From Eledone cirrhosa (lineage: Eukaryota), in contig OZ024744.1 in the NCBI GenBank assembly GCA_964016885.1, positions 26,722,001 to 26,786,000 on the forward strand: 64,000 nucleotides of DNA, in the 5' to 3' direction. The notes below the pieces were generated by a model. It saw nothing but the letters and a program-made list of their open reading frames with translations. It was not told the origin of the DNA and searched no databases. A program made the translations under genes and the position numbers. Below, one piece after another: positions 12,440-25,387 of the stretch. Each line of letters starts with the position of its first letter. Position 1 is the first letter of the stretch.

Positions 12440-13160
12440 CAACTCTGTCTGACTTCGGAGATAATATCTAAGAACTCCGTCACACCGGACTCAGTTCGCG
12501 CGTAACAGCTGGAATTTACGTGCAGGACCTTGAAATTGGCGATGAATATTGCGTGTGTGACATTCCACAGCGATTATCAATGCACACTGTAGAACGCCTT
12601 CTAGAAACCAATGAAGTTGAGAACCAAAGGTTGCTGGAGCTCAACGCATTGTTCGAGGATGTTGCGCAGTGTGAAGATCTGATTGCTGCAAGATTGATTG
12701 TTTCAGAAGCCGGCTTGTTCTTCCCGGATCACAGAGTCGACAGCCTGCCGGAGTCGATGCAGCAGAACAGCGCAGATCGCCTTGCCTGGGACTGACGGCA
12801 ATGTGATGCCGCGCCAATTGTTGCAGTTGGTCAGGTTTCCCTTCTTCGGCAGTTTGATGATGACACCGCGTTACCACTGAAGAGGAACCCGACCAACCCT
12901 CCAGCAGTGGTTCATCGAGCTTGTCAATGCTGTTATCATTCTATCCTCACCTAATTTAAGCAACTCTTTAGAGATCTCATCCAGTCCACCTGCTCTGCCG
13001 TTCTTCAAGTCACTGATCGCATCGCTTGGTGATTTGGTCCTCGCAGAACTTGAGTACCGCGGCGGTTGCTGGAGTCTCTGAGGTCAAGTCTATTAGGGCG
13101 ACTGAATCTGGTTGGTTCAGCGTCTCCCGGAATTGTTCTTCCTATTTCTGGCCTTGGTCT
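12440..13160 (-). mobile_element. RTE-clade LINE RT fragment, degenerate
   Basis: Minus strand gives RGVIIKLPKKGNLTNCNNWRGIT, EEQAGF, NQIFTLRNILEQC and NFIGF*KAFYSV. Confidence 0.8.
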
Positions 13161-13254
13161 GCTTCAGTGGTCAATGTCTAGTCATTGTTGTCCTTTTCTG
13201 GCATGTTGGCACCGCTCAACATTCCCGTGAACTCCCTCACGATGCGAAACAGTC

Positions 13255-13420
13255 AAAGGCGAAGTTGACCTCGGCGGGATGTGAACTCAGAATGTAAAGA
13301 GCCAGATAAATCAGCCCCTGTACTTAACTGGTACTTTATTTTCTCGACCCAGGAAAGGATAGAAGGCAAAGTTAATCTCGACAGGATTTGAACTCAGAAT
13401 GTAAAAAGCCAAAAGAAATA
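13255..13420 (-). mobile_element. Two partial copies of the Meta-domain-like SINE
   Basis: The aaaggcaaagtt..ctcg...gatttgaactcaga motif appears twice. Confidence 0.7.
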
Positions 13421-13612
13421 ACACAATGGTATTAAATGGGACGCCCAAAAATGTTTAAAAGATGGTTTCAATCATATAACACTTACTTGCCTCCTTCAAA
13501 GATCCTCCAATAAAAAAAAAAGAGCGATCGACTTTCGAACTGTGAAACAATATTTCCATTGATCTTTCAAATTTCTAATACGATCTACCGGTGGCACCTC
13601 CAGGTAGAAGGT

Positions 13613-13730
13613 GCAACGTGAAATAAAGTGTCTAGATCAAGGACGTAAAGCATCGCACGGTCCAGGAATCGAACTCATAACCTCACGATTGCGAATCCGA
13701 TTCTCTAACCACTCAGCCACACGCCTCCAC
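13613..13730 (-). mobile_element. tRNA-derived CORE-like SINE
   Basis: Minus strand has A box TGGCTGAGTGG, B box GTTCGATTCC, then gtccttga...gacactttatttcacgttgc. Confidence 0.75.
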
Positions 13731-14002
13731 AAAAGATAGAATAAAAATAAATTAATATAAAATAAAATAAATCGAAATAATTTAAACACATTATATATTT
13801 TCAACATTGCATCCATATGGAAGATATGAGAGAATAAGAAGGATAATCAAAGTATCTCGAGTTAGAGGAGTTTAATTTAAATCTATTATAAAGACTCCTT
13901 ACTATATTATATTTAGATTCATGGAAAGACATCAATCTGTCCATCCTTCCATCTTTGGTACTCTCCTCTCTGTATATAAGTGGTGTAAGTTACCAACATA
14001 AG

Positions 14003-14004
<2 letters not shown>

Positions 14005-14061
<57 letters not shown>

Positions 14062-14184
14062 TTTAGTAGTATTAGTATTAGTAGTAGTGGCGGTAGTAGT
14101 AGTGGCAGTAGTAGTAGTAGTAGTGCTAGTAGTAGTAGTAGCAGTAGTAGTAGTATTATTATTAACAGTAGTAGTAGTAGTAGT

Positions 14185-14249
<65 letters not shown>

Positions 14250-14314
14250 CAATAGTAGTAGTAGTTGTAGTAGTAGTAGTGGTGGTGGTGGTGGTGGTAG
14301 TAATAGTTGTTGTT

Positions 14315-14346
<32 letters not shown>

Positions 14347-14416
14347 GGTGGTGGTGGTGGTAGTTGTTGTAGTAGTAGTGATAGTAGTGGTGGTGGTGTT
14401 GCTAGTAATAGTTGTT

Positions 14417-14459
<43 letters not shown>

Positions 14460-14535
14460 TGGTGGTGGTGGTGGTGGTGGTAGTAGTAGTGGTGGTGGTG
14501 GTAGTAGTAGTTGTTGTTGTAGTAGTAGTAGCAAC

Positions 14536-14571
<36 letters not shown>

Positions 14572-14599
14572 GGTGGTGGTGGTAGTAGTAGTTGTTGTT

Positions 14600-14630
<31 letters not shown>

Positions 14631-16506
14631 ATGTAGTTTGAATGAAGATGGGGGAGATGGAGGGGGCGGGTGTAATTATTTGTTAAGGCTAAAAGACAGT
14701 AGTTTCATTGTAAGAGATGTTAACAGATGGTTGTCAGATGTGGATTGGATTAACAGAGGGGAAAACAGTTGAAACACATTAAAACAGCTAACGTGGTGGT
14801 GGTGGTGGCGTTGGTGGTGGTGTTGGTGGTAGTAGCAGTAGTGGTGGTGGTGGTTGTGGTGTTGGTGGTGGTGGTAGTTTGGTAGGTGGCGTGTTAGTGG
14901 TGGAGGTGGTGGTGGTGGTGGTTTGGTAGGTGGTGGTGATAGTGGTGGTGGTGGTGGTGGTGGTGGTGGTAGTAGTGGTGGTGGTGGTGGTGGTGGTGGT
15001 AGTGGTGGTGGTGTTGGTGGTAGTAGTAGTAGTGATGGTGGTGGTATGGTAGGTGGCGGTGGTGGTGGTAGTGGTGGTGGTGGTGGTGGCAGCGGTGGTG
15101 ATAGTGGTGGTGGTTATGGTGGTGGTGGTGGTGGTAGTTTGGTAGGTGGTGGTGGTAGTGGTGGAGGTGGTGTTGGTGGTTTGGTAGGTGGTGGTGGTTT
15201 GGTAGGTGGTGGTGGTGGTTTTTTTTGGGAGGGGTTAGTTTGGTAGGTGGTGGTGGTGGTACTAGTGGTGGTGGTGGTGGTGATTGTGGTGGTGGTAGTG
15301 GTGGTAGTGGTGGTGGTGATGGTGGTGGTGGTGGTAGTGGTGGAGGTGGTGGTGGTGGTTTGGTAGGTGGTGGTGGTACTGGTGGTGGTGGTGGTGGTGG
15401 TGATTGTAGTAGTGGTGGTGGTGGTGGTGGTGGTGTTTTTTTTGGGGGGGGGGGGTAGTTTGGTAGGTGGTGGTGGTACTGGTGGTGGTGGTGGTGGTGG
15501 TGGTGATTGTGGTGGTGGTGGTGGTGGTGGTAGTAGTGGTGGTGATGGTCGTGGTGGTGGTAGTGGTGGTGGTGGTCGTGGTAGTTTGGTAGGTGGTGGT
15601 GGTAGTGGTTGTGGTAGTGGTGGTTTGGTAGGTGGTGGTGATAGTGGTGGTGGTGGTGATGGTGGTGGTGGTGATGATGGTGGTGGCAGTGGTGGTGGCA
15701 GTGGTGGTAGTGGTGGTGATGGTTTGGTAGGTGGTAGCGGTGGTGGTTTGGTAGGTGGTGGTGGTGGTGGTGTTGGTGGTGGTGGTGGTGGTGGTGGTGG
15801 TAGTGGTGGTGGTGGTGGTGGTGGTGTTGGTGGTGGTGGTGGTGGTGGTTTGGGCGGTGGTGGTGGTGTTGGTGGTGGTTGTAATAGTGGTGGTGGTGTT
15901 GGTGGTGGTGGTGGTTGTGGTGCTGGTGGGGGTGCTTTTGGTGGCGTGTATGGTGGTGGTCGTTGTGGTGGTGGTGATGGTGTGGTGGCTGTTTTGGTGG
16001 TTGTGGTAATGATGTGGTGGTGATGGTGGCTGTTGTGATGATGCTAGTGGTCGTGGTGGTGGTAGTGATGGTGGTGATTTTGCCGGCGAGGATGGTGGTG
16101 GTGGTTGTGGTTGTGATGTTGGTGGTGGCGATGGTGCTGTTAGTGGTTTTGGTGGTGGAGGTGGAGGTGGTAGTGGTAATTATGGTGGTACTTGTGGTGG
16201 CGTGTGGTGGTGATGGTGGTTGTGTTGATGGTGGTGGTGGTGGTAAAAGTGGTTGTGGTGGAACTGGTGCTAGTGGTTATGTTAGTGGTGGTGGTTTTGA
16301 CGGTGGTGATGGTGGTTTGGAAATGGTACTGGTGCTGATGGTGGTGGTGGTGGTGGTAGTGGTGGTGGTAGTGATAATGGTGTTGGTGATGGTGGCGTTG
16401 GTGGTTGTGGTGGTTGTGTTTGTAGTGGTAATAGCAGTAGTTGTGGTTATTTTAGTGGTATTTGAAGTAGTATTGGTGGTGGTGATAGTTGTAGTAGTAT
16501 TACTAT

Positions 16507-16560
<54 letters not shown>

Positions 16561-16664
16561 ACCACTACCGCCACTACTATTATTACTACTACTACTACCA
16601 CTACTACTACTGCTACTACTACTACCCCCACCATCACTACTACTACTATTACTACTACTACCAT

Positions 16665-16703
<39 letters not shown>

Positions 16704-16790
16704 TACTACTACTATTACTATTCACTACTACCACTAGTAGTACTACTAGTACTAATACTACTACTACCACGACCACCACCACTGCTGCTG

Positions 16791-16821
<31 letters not shown>

Positions 16822-16848
16822 CACTACTACTACTACTACTACCACTAT

Positions 16849-16899
<51 letters not shown>

Positions 16900-16920
16900 A
16901 TTTACTACTGCTACCACTAC
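14005..16920. repeat. About 2.9-kb compound trinucleotide tract: (GTA)n, (GGT)n, (TAC)n
   Basis: Read directly; the GGT block has recurring tttggtaggtggt interruptions and about 150 bp of unique sequence lies at 14640-14790. Confidence 0.95.
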
Positions 16921-17039
16921 TTTTAGTGGTAGTGTTAGTGGGTCGTGACGATGTTGATAATCGAAGTTTAAGTATGTTGTGGTCAGGGTGTTGTCTTCGT
17001 CTTAATATGACAAACATTTTATTTATCTATTTCTCTTTA

Positions 17040-17125
17040 CGGTCTGAGTTCAAATCCCGCCGAGGTTAACTTTGCCTTTCATCCTTACGGGGTCGATAAA
17101 ATAAAGTACCAGTAATGTACTGGGT
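17040..17125 (+). mobile_element. Meta-domain-like SINE fragment
   Basis: gagttcaaatcccgccgaggttaactttgcctttcatccttacggggtcgataaaataaagtaccagt. Confidence 0.75.
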
Positions 17126-17219
17126 AATTGCTGGTTGTGCCAAGAGTAGAAACAATTATTTATCTATTTCTCTATTTAGTTGCCCACTCTTATATTTTAA
17201 CTATGTATGTATATCTAAA

Positions 17220-19977
17220 GATGTTAGCTGCCGATAGGAATAGAAACGAGAAAGAATTAACAGGTAAATTAGAAGAGGCAATCAAGAGCGAAGACGTGGC
17301 CAGAGTGCTGGCATCGAGGACGGCCTTGAGCCAGTTTTTCGATGCAAAGCACGAAGGCTGCGTCATTCGAAGTAAAATACGTGCTCTAGGTAATGAGGGG
17401 GCCAAAGCCGTTGGCTGGGCCCGCGTGACAGAAGCTAAGAATGGAAATCGATCCACCATCCGGTCTTTACAAGACGAGGATGGACGGGTGATCCGGGAGC
17501 CTAAGCAGATGTGCGAGGCCTTTCAAAGGCACTTTGCCCGATTGTTCGGGGGAGGCGAGGGTCCGGGCGGGGACGTGGATTTCGGTCCATACCTGCCGCG
17601 TCTCTCGAGCGAAGAGGCAGAGTCCTGCGAGGGACCAATCTCGGCTGATGAGATCGGGGCTGCGCTGAGCCAATGCAGCAGACGCAAATCTCCAGGTTTC
17701 GATGGTATACCTTACGAACTTTATTTAGCAATGCCGGTCTTCTTCTCCGAACTCCTCGAAGCAGTCTACTGCAATTGGCAGCAGAACGGGAGAATTCCTT
17801 GTTCTGTAGCCAAGAGCGTAGTCTCGCTGGTGAGGAAGGACGAGAACAAGGGGGATAGTATAAATAATTTTCGGCCCATAACCCTGCTAAACCCAGAGTT
17901 AAAGATTTTGGCCAAGGTGTTAGCAAAGAGGTTGGCGCTTGTCGTGGGTGGCCTGGTGGGAGATGCGCAGACATGTGCTATCCCATCCAGGTACATTCAC
18001 GACAACCTCCACCTCATGCGATACATCATAGAGAGGGCTGGCAACAAACCCGGCTTCGGTGGGGCCCTGATCAACTTGGATCAGTCTAAGGCGTTCGATA
18101 GGGTCGACCATGGTTACCTGGATGCGGTGCTAGCGGCGGCTGGGTTCGGTCCTGTTTTCAGAGGCTGGATCACTGCCTTACATAGCAACCACATCTGTTC
18201 TAGGATCAAGGTGAACGGCTACGTTTCGAAGCCGTTCGAAATCACACGATCCATTCGAAAGGGGTGCCCTCTCTCCTCCCTTCTGTACGTATTGACTCTC
18301 GAGCCTTTACTGAGGAAGTTGGAGTTGTTGCAGGGTATCCCCCTGGAACCAGGATTGAGCAAAGCGGTGTCGGCATACGCCGATGACGTAACAGTAATGG
18401 TATCGACCGACTCGGAGATCGAGGCGATCGGCATCTTACTGGAGGAATACGAAAGGTTGTCAGGAGCGAAACTGAACCGGGAAAAATCCATCGGGCTGCA
18501 ACTCGGAACGTGGAGAGGCAGACCGATGCCTCCCGACGGTGTCGTCGGACACTGGACGGAGGGCCCGGTGAAGTTTCTTGGGGTCTGGTTTGGACCAGAC
18601 CTCCAGGTGGAAAAGAACTGGGGCGAGGTTACGAACAAGGTATTTGCACTGACACAGAAATGGGCCAAGTGTAAGCTGTCCCTGAAAGGTCGGGCGGAGG
18701 TGGCGAACATTTACATAGCATCCGTCACCTACTACCGCTTGACTGTCGTGCCTTGCCCTAAGGAAACACTCACCACCATGAAACGCATGCTCTTTCAATT
18801 TTTTTGGAAGAAGCACCCTCCTATGGTGAGAAGATCCATCTGCTGCCAACAACCTTCGAAATGAGGGCTGGGGATGCCGTGGCTGATGATGCGTAGGCAC
18901 GCATTAAGGCTACGGCACCTACAGGTATTCCTCACTGGTCAACCGGTGTTGGCTCCGTTCGTGAGACGAACCTTTCCGAGACTCGTCTCGCTCACCGAGC
19001 TACAGTCCTGGGTCAAGCAAAGATCCGGAAAACTGGGCGACTGGCACACTGAGTGTGCCCAGGCGCTCAGGGCTCTCTGGCAAGCGGACCCGGCCATCGG
19101 TGGAGAATCCACCTCGTCATTCTATAGAGGGCTGGCGGCTAGCAGGGGCGATGACACCCTTGGAGAGTCGCTGGACATGGAAGAGGACGAACTGGCCAGC
19201 CTGTTCGGTAGGACTTTCGGCCCGGGACCAATGGACAACTTCCAGAAGTCACTGGCCTAGCAGTGCTACCGGGGGGGGGGCTCTACCCGTTCGAGAAAAG
19301 CTCTACAGACACGGGCGCCCGGGCAGGCATCCCTCGAAAAAGATTTGCCCTAGATGCGTGCGTCACGAAGAAACCGTTGCGCACGCATTGGTGCACTGTC
19401 CGGGCGTGGATGATCTGTGGGGCTACGCCGAACGACTGCTGTCGCGGGTGGCGCCGATTCGATTGACCGCCGAGTCCGTGATGACAATCAAGCCGCCTCC
19501 CCTCTTCACAAAGGAAGCAAAGGCGGTTTTTCTGTGCGTAATAGCCATGTTGAAAGAGGTTGTTTGGTGGACACGATTGAAAGATCTGAGGTCAGGCAAC
19601 TACCTCTCTGGCCATAGTCTGGTCTACTTCTTCCGATATCACTTCGGAAGAAGGATAAGAATGGAGAGAGAGGTGCTTGGCCACAGGCAGTTTTATGAAA
19701 GGTGGGTGATAGTGGCGAGAATGGCTCGTGTAAATGGGCCTTCTCTGTATACCATCATGTAGGTAAAGAAGTGAAGGAGAGGGGAGCACCTTCTCCATGT
19801 GCTCACCGGGCAAAGGATTGCACACTTTTTCGGGGGTGTGTGCAACCCCCATCACGTCCCCTCCCTTTTGAGGTTGTTTTTGATTATTTTCATTTTATAC
19901 CCTTTTTACTCGGTTTTATGTAAACTCCCCCTTTGTATTTGTCCCTTCTTTTTATACCTTTATGGTAAATAAAAAAA
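17220..19977 (+). mobile_element. 5'-truncated Tx1/L1-like LINE (RT and C-terminal Cys/His motif), with stops and a frameshift
   Basis: KSPGFDG, FRPITLLN, LDQSKAFDRV, GCPLS, YADD and CPRC...ETVAHALVHC; ends in aataaaaaaa; candidate TSD tatgtatatctaaa at 17206-17219 and 19984-19997. Confidence 0.9.
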
Positions 19978-19999
19978 TATATCTATGTATATCTAAAAC

Positions 20000-22900
20000 A
20001 AGCTGTTGCTAACAACATCCAAACCCCAAAGCAATGTCCGAAAACAAAGAACACAATCCAAAAACTATCAACATCCACTCCACCTTTAAAAACCAAAAAA
20101 GACAACACACCAAACATTTCCCTGAAGGATTCCCCCTCTGCCTAACACTCACACACACACATAAACACTCTACCACCACACAACATACCCCTCCCAAACA
20201 CCCCTGAGGATAACACCACAGATGCGGCAGCCACCTCATCTTCGAGCGAGGATGAAGAAAAAAACAGACACTGCAAAAACACAAAAGCGCCAATCACCAA
20301 CACAAACACACAGACACCACCACAAATGACAACTACACCAACAACACAGACATCACCACAACTAAAACAAACACCAACACGACCACAAGCACAAATGCCC
20401 ACCATCAAAAGAAAACTAGAGTACAAACAACAAACAGAAACATCACAGCAAAAAATCAAACCACACTACACGAAAGACCCCACCATTCAGAAAGAAGGAA
20501 AAACCTTCACCAGCACAAACACTGCACCACACTCAAAACTGATACGAGTTCCAACACAAACTTACAATTTTCTTAAAGAAAACTTTCCCCACGATGCTGG
20601 ACCCCGTCCCAAAATCCCTCAACCGCGTGCTCCTGAAATGTTTCCCCACCCCACCAAACATTCCCACCACCACCACCAGAGATCGAACAACCTGACCTCC
20701 AGGAAACTAAAATGTGTTTTTGCCTTTTTCTCTCCCTAACCCTTCTTCAGCAACATGGCGACTGTACGAGTTGGATGTTTGAATGTGCGTGGCCTGAGGA
20801 TGTCCTGGAAGCAGAGCCAACTTTTAAATGACCTCAGGTCACACTGTATAGATGTGATAGCCGTCAACGAGTCCAGATTCACGACAAGCACAGTTAACCG
20901 ACATGTTCGATGACTTTGAGATCTATGCATGTGTCTGTAACCCAGGAGATGGAGGTGGAGTTGGTCATTCTAGACGTGAATGGTGGTGAATGTGAACCTT
21001 TCAGACTGGTGGCCATATATGCCCCAACTGGGACATCGCGGCAAGAGTTCTTTAACTGTCTGGAGTCATTCCTGGGAATGTCTTGCTCTTTTCTGTTACG
21101 GGGGACTGGAATGGTGTCTTGGATGCACGTTGGGACTATGTAGTAGCGTGGAATAGAAGAGGGGGTGAGGTGTAACAGCTTCAGAAATCGCATTAGCCTA
21201 TTGCAACTGGCTGATAGATATCGACTAGATTTCCCAAGTGCACCACTGTGGTGTGGAGCTACCCCACTGGCTCCTCTAGATCACATTTAAATAGATTTCT
21301 AATTAGACAAAACGATAGGGATACCTTAAGCTGTCCATAAAGATACATGGTTGCCTATTCAGACCACAAATTAGTGACATGCATGGTTAACTTTGATAGA
21401 ACACATGAACTGGGACCTGGATACTGGAAGCAAAACATGTCGTTACCGACGCATAAAGGTTACATTAAGTTAAACTTTAGTTAAACGCTAGTTGACGGGG
21501 TCCATCATCAACAACAGGTGCTGGTACTCTCTCAAGAGAGCAATTAGAGTAGAATCGATAGCCTTTAGCAAGGAAGTAGCTTTAGAAAAGAACAAGACTG
21601 AATAGGAGCTGGTAGCTAAAGTAGAAGAGGTACTTAGGAATGGCAGTACAGCTGACATGCTAGCGGCGAGAACGGCACTAGACCATTTCTTCAACGTGAA
21701 ACACGAAGGTTGTATTTTCAGAAGTAGAACACATGCTCTGAGAAACGAGGGAACCAAAGCTGTTAGCTGGGCCCGAGTGGCAGAGGCGAAAGGTGGCAAC
21801 AGATCCACAATTCGGTCTTTGAAAGACCAAGACGGACGCGTGCTACTTGAATCCAGACAGATGTACACGGCCTCCAGCAGCACTTTGCACAACTGTTCGG
21901 GCAGAACGGTGTATCGGATAGGGTGACACACTTCAGTTCCTTACCTTGACTGCTTACCGCGACTCTCGAGCACTGATGCGAAAGGCCAATCACAGCGGGC
22001 GAAATAGAAGACGCCCTAAGCAACTGTGGGAAGCGTAAATCACCCGGTCTAGATGGTCTACCCTATGAGTTTTACATAGGCATGCCAGACTTGTTCTTTG
22101 ACATCCTCGAAGTGGTCTACTGCAACTGGCAGCAGAACGAGAGTATTCCCAGTTCTGTAAGCCAAGGCGTAGAAATGCTGATCAGGAAATATAAGAAGAA
22201 AGGGGACAACGTAAATAACTTCAGGCTCATAACTCTGCTCAACACAGAGTTGAAGATTTTTGGCCAAAGTGTTAGCAACGAGGCTGGAGCATGTCGTCGA
22301 GAGCCTGGTGAGTGACGGACAAACGTGTGCAATCCCGACCAGGTCCATACACGTCAACCTCCACCTCATACGATACATCTTAGAGAGGGTAGGGTGTGAA
22401 CTTGTCTTCGGTGGTGCTCTGCTCAATTTGGATCAATATAAAGCATTTGATAGGATCGACCATCAATACTTGGAAGCAGTTCTGAAGGCGGCCGGCTTCG
22501 GTCCCGTCTTCAGAGGCTGGATCGCTTCCATGCACACCAACATCTGCTCGGCAGTCAAGGTGAATGGCTACTTATCGGAGCGATTCCAAATCATGCGTTC
22601 CATCCGTCAGATATGCCCTCTCTCCTCCATTCTGTATGTACTGACTCTCGAGCCATTACTGAGGAAGTTGGAGCTTTTGCAGCTCATCCCGATGGAACCA
22701 GGACTGCGAAAAGCAGCGTCGACTTATGCCAACAACGTGACCGTCAAAAACCTCAGAAATCGGGGTGATCGGCAACTTACTACAGGAATACGAAACGTTG
22801 ACAGGAGCAAAACCGAACCCGGACAAGTCTGTAGGTTTGCAACTCGGCACATGGAGACGCAAACCTATGACGTCCGACAGTGTCTTTGGACGCTGGACGG

Positions 22901-23710
22901 AAGAACTGGTGAAATTGCTCGGGGTCTAGTTTGGTCAAGACCTCCAGGTGAAGAAAAACAGGAAGGAAGTAACGGAAAATATATTTGCGCCCATCCAGAA
23001 GTGGGCTGAGTGCAAACTCTCATTAAATGATCGAGCAGAGATGGCGCAAACTTACATAGCGTCTGTCATCTATTACTGCTTGACAGTCGTGCCTTGTCCC
23101 CGCGATCACCTCACCAAAATTGAACGCCTAGTCTTCAATTTCTTTCAGAAGAAACAGGCTCCATTAGTTAGGAGATCCATCTGCTGCCAACACCATTACA
23201 ACGGAGGGCTGGAAATGCTGCGTCTGATAATGCGCAAACACGCACTGAGGTATTTCTGACTCCTGAACCGGTGTGGTCGTCATTCGTGAGACAAGCTTTT
23301 TCACTCCTAGTCTCAATAACATAAGATGCAATCCTGAGTCAAGCGAAGACCGAAAATAGGCGCCCGGAACCTCGAGTGCCTTCAAGCGCTCACAATCTTC
23401 TATCAGGCGGACGCGGCAATCAGCCGGGACTCCTCATCAACATTCTATAGTGGGTTAGTGGAGGATAAGTGTCACGGCGTTCTCGGGGAGACTCTGGGCG
23501 TAAGAGAGGATGAATTGGCCAGTCTGTTCGGGAGGACTTTCCGTCCATGGCCTATGGATAACTTCCAGGGTTTTCTAGTCTGGCAGTGTTACCGAGAAGC
23601 TCTACCAGTTTGAGACAAGATCTTTTGTTTACACACTTAAATGTAAAATTACTCGCCATATGTCCTGCAGTGGCCCATTTCTTGTGCGCCCTTATGACAA
23701 ATAAAGAAAT
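20000..23710 (+). mobile_element. Degenerate Tx1/L1-like LINE (ORF1 3' part, ORF2 APE-RT)
   Basis: ORF2 start at 20755 (MATVRVGCLNVRGL), APE motif AIYAP, RT motifs; many stops and deletions; aataaagaaa end followed by TCTA-like repeats. Confidence 0.85.
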
Positions 23711-24491
23711 TCATCTATCTATCAATCTATGTATCTCTCACACGCCCTCTCTCTCTGGATATTATATATAGTTGTCTTTAAGTGATTATTTGAATGTGGC
23801 TGTTGCGTTTGCACCATCGAAATCTATAAAATACTATGTAAGGAAGGTTATACACTTTGCGTCTGTTTTATGTATTCTACAGTGATATAAGATCGCATAG
23901 AATAAAATTGAATATCATTATACGAAAGAACGTTAAGGCCGTGTAATTTTATTACATAATTAAATTTAATTTTATGCGCATTTCAGCAATACCAACTTAT
24001 TCTTGTGATGTAATCGTAAATGTAAGGCTGGCATGGCTTCGTCAGAAAGTATTTTGCATTTAAGCAGAGGTTACACAAGAAGAATTATTAAGATTTGGAA
24101 GTTTTGGAAGGTTCATTCAAAAGGGTAAACAAAGGATTTATTCACAGTTTCGAGGTAAGCTCTCAACTAGGTTTTCAAGCAAACAATTAAACAATTAGTT
24201 AATTAATTAGGTAATTAATTAATTAATCAAAAAGGCTAAGAAAAAATAATTATATTAATGAAGGCTAAGAGAAAATAATAATAGTAATGAGTAGTAGATT
24301 AGTCCCGATCTTCAAAGACTGTCACAAAACACTCGGTGATAGAATAATTAATAAATTGTTCCTCAGAGTGAACACAATAAGTTAGGTAATATGACAAAAT
24401 GAATAATGCGACCAGAGGTATGTTGCCACATTAATATTACTACGAAAATATATGTATATCGTTAGGGAACAGAGAATCAGTGTTGCAAAGT

Positions 24492-24760
24492 ATACATAGT
24501 TAATTACATATTACATGTTTCACAACCGATCAGCTCGAGGAACGATCGATGATGTTCGTTCCTGATTCTGGAATCAAAAGCTCCTCAGATATGTGCTTTA
24601 ACATGTAGACTCACACCGAAATATTGCTGTTAGACGTGAGTCTACATGTGAAAGCAGATATCTGAGAAGCTTTCGATTCAAGAGTCAGGAACGAACATAA
24701 TCGATCATTCCTGGAGGTGATCGGTAGTGAAACATATGTAATATGTAATTAAATATGTAT
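24492..24760. mobile_element. Foldback element with mirror hammerheads
   Basis: Arms at about 24492-24614 and 24636-24760 are reverse complements; related sequence lies at positions 1-70. Confidence 0.85.
24506..24594 (-). ncRNA. Type I hammerhead ribozyme with extended stem II
   Basis: Minus strand reads acatat-CTGAGGA-gc...aggaacga/tcgttcct...gt-GAAA-CATG-TA-atatgt. The plus-strand mirror at 24656-24746 has CTGAGAA (core mutated). Confidence 0.75.
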
Positions 24761-25291
24761 ATGATGCAACAATGATTCTTTGTTCCCTAATTATTATTAT
24801 TGATACTCTACTCTCCAATAGCAACGAGTGCTCATATTGGCATACCGCCATGAACATAACACTAAGTATCGAGTACTCTTGTGCGCAAGGTCCACCTGGT
24901 TTCTGGTTTCTTACCACACTTTCTTCGTTTTATATATATATATATAGTAATAATAATAAATTTCAAGACTAAAATCCAAAGAGGGCTCGATAAGGATAAA
25001 TAAATAAGCAGCGATTATTTGCTTAAACTTTAGTCTTTTATTTTAATAAATATATTTATATATATATATTCTATTTCACACCTGGCTGTGTATGTCAAAT
25101 ACGCAGCACACATACCTTTTATTTGCTCGTTTCATTAAAGCTTACCATCATTCCGTTGATATACATCTATTACACAATTAACACCTGATGAGGTCACCAG
25201 GCTCTTACGCAAACTGGCCACTGAAATGTGCATATTATTTACAGTAATTAATATTAAAGAAATTCAACATGTTTGCCCATTTCACTTTATA

Positions 25292-25298
<7 letters not shown>

Positions 25299-25375
<77 letters not shown>

Positions 25376-25387
25376 GTAATAATAATA
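25299..25387. repeat. (AAT)n microsatellite at an element junction
   Basis: Read directly; AAT tracts also mark junctions at 26997-27030, 32339-32344, 33810-33818, 39809-39825, 45521-45557, 51460-51520, 51949-52013 and 56859-56986. Confidence 0.95.

Noticed and set aside
13640-13730. tRNA gene
   Set aside because: It has A and B boxes but no complete cloverleaf and runs into a SINE core.
17128-17219. N-terminus of the 578-aa ORF as a real start
   Set aside because: It is flanking AT-rich sequence read in frame into a 5'-truncated LINE.
25185-25235. CTGATGA...GAAA hammerhead candidate
   Set aside because: No convincing stem I or cleavage triplet could be paired.
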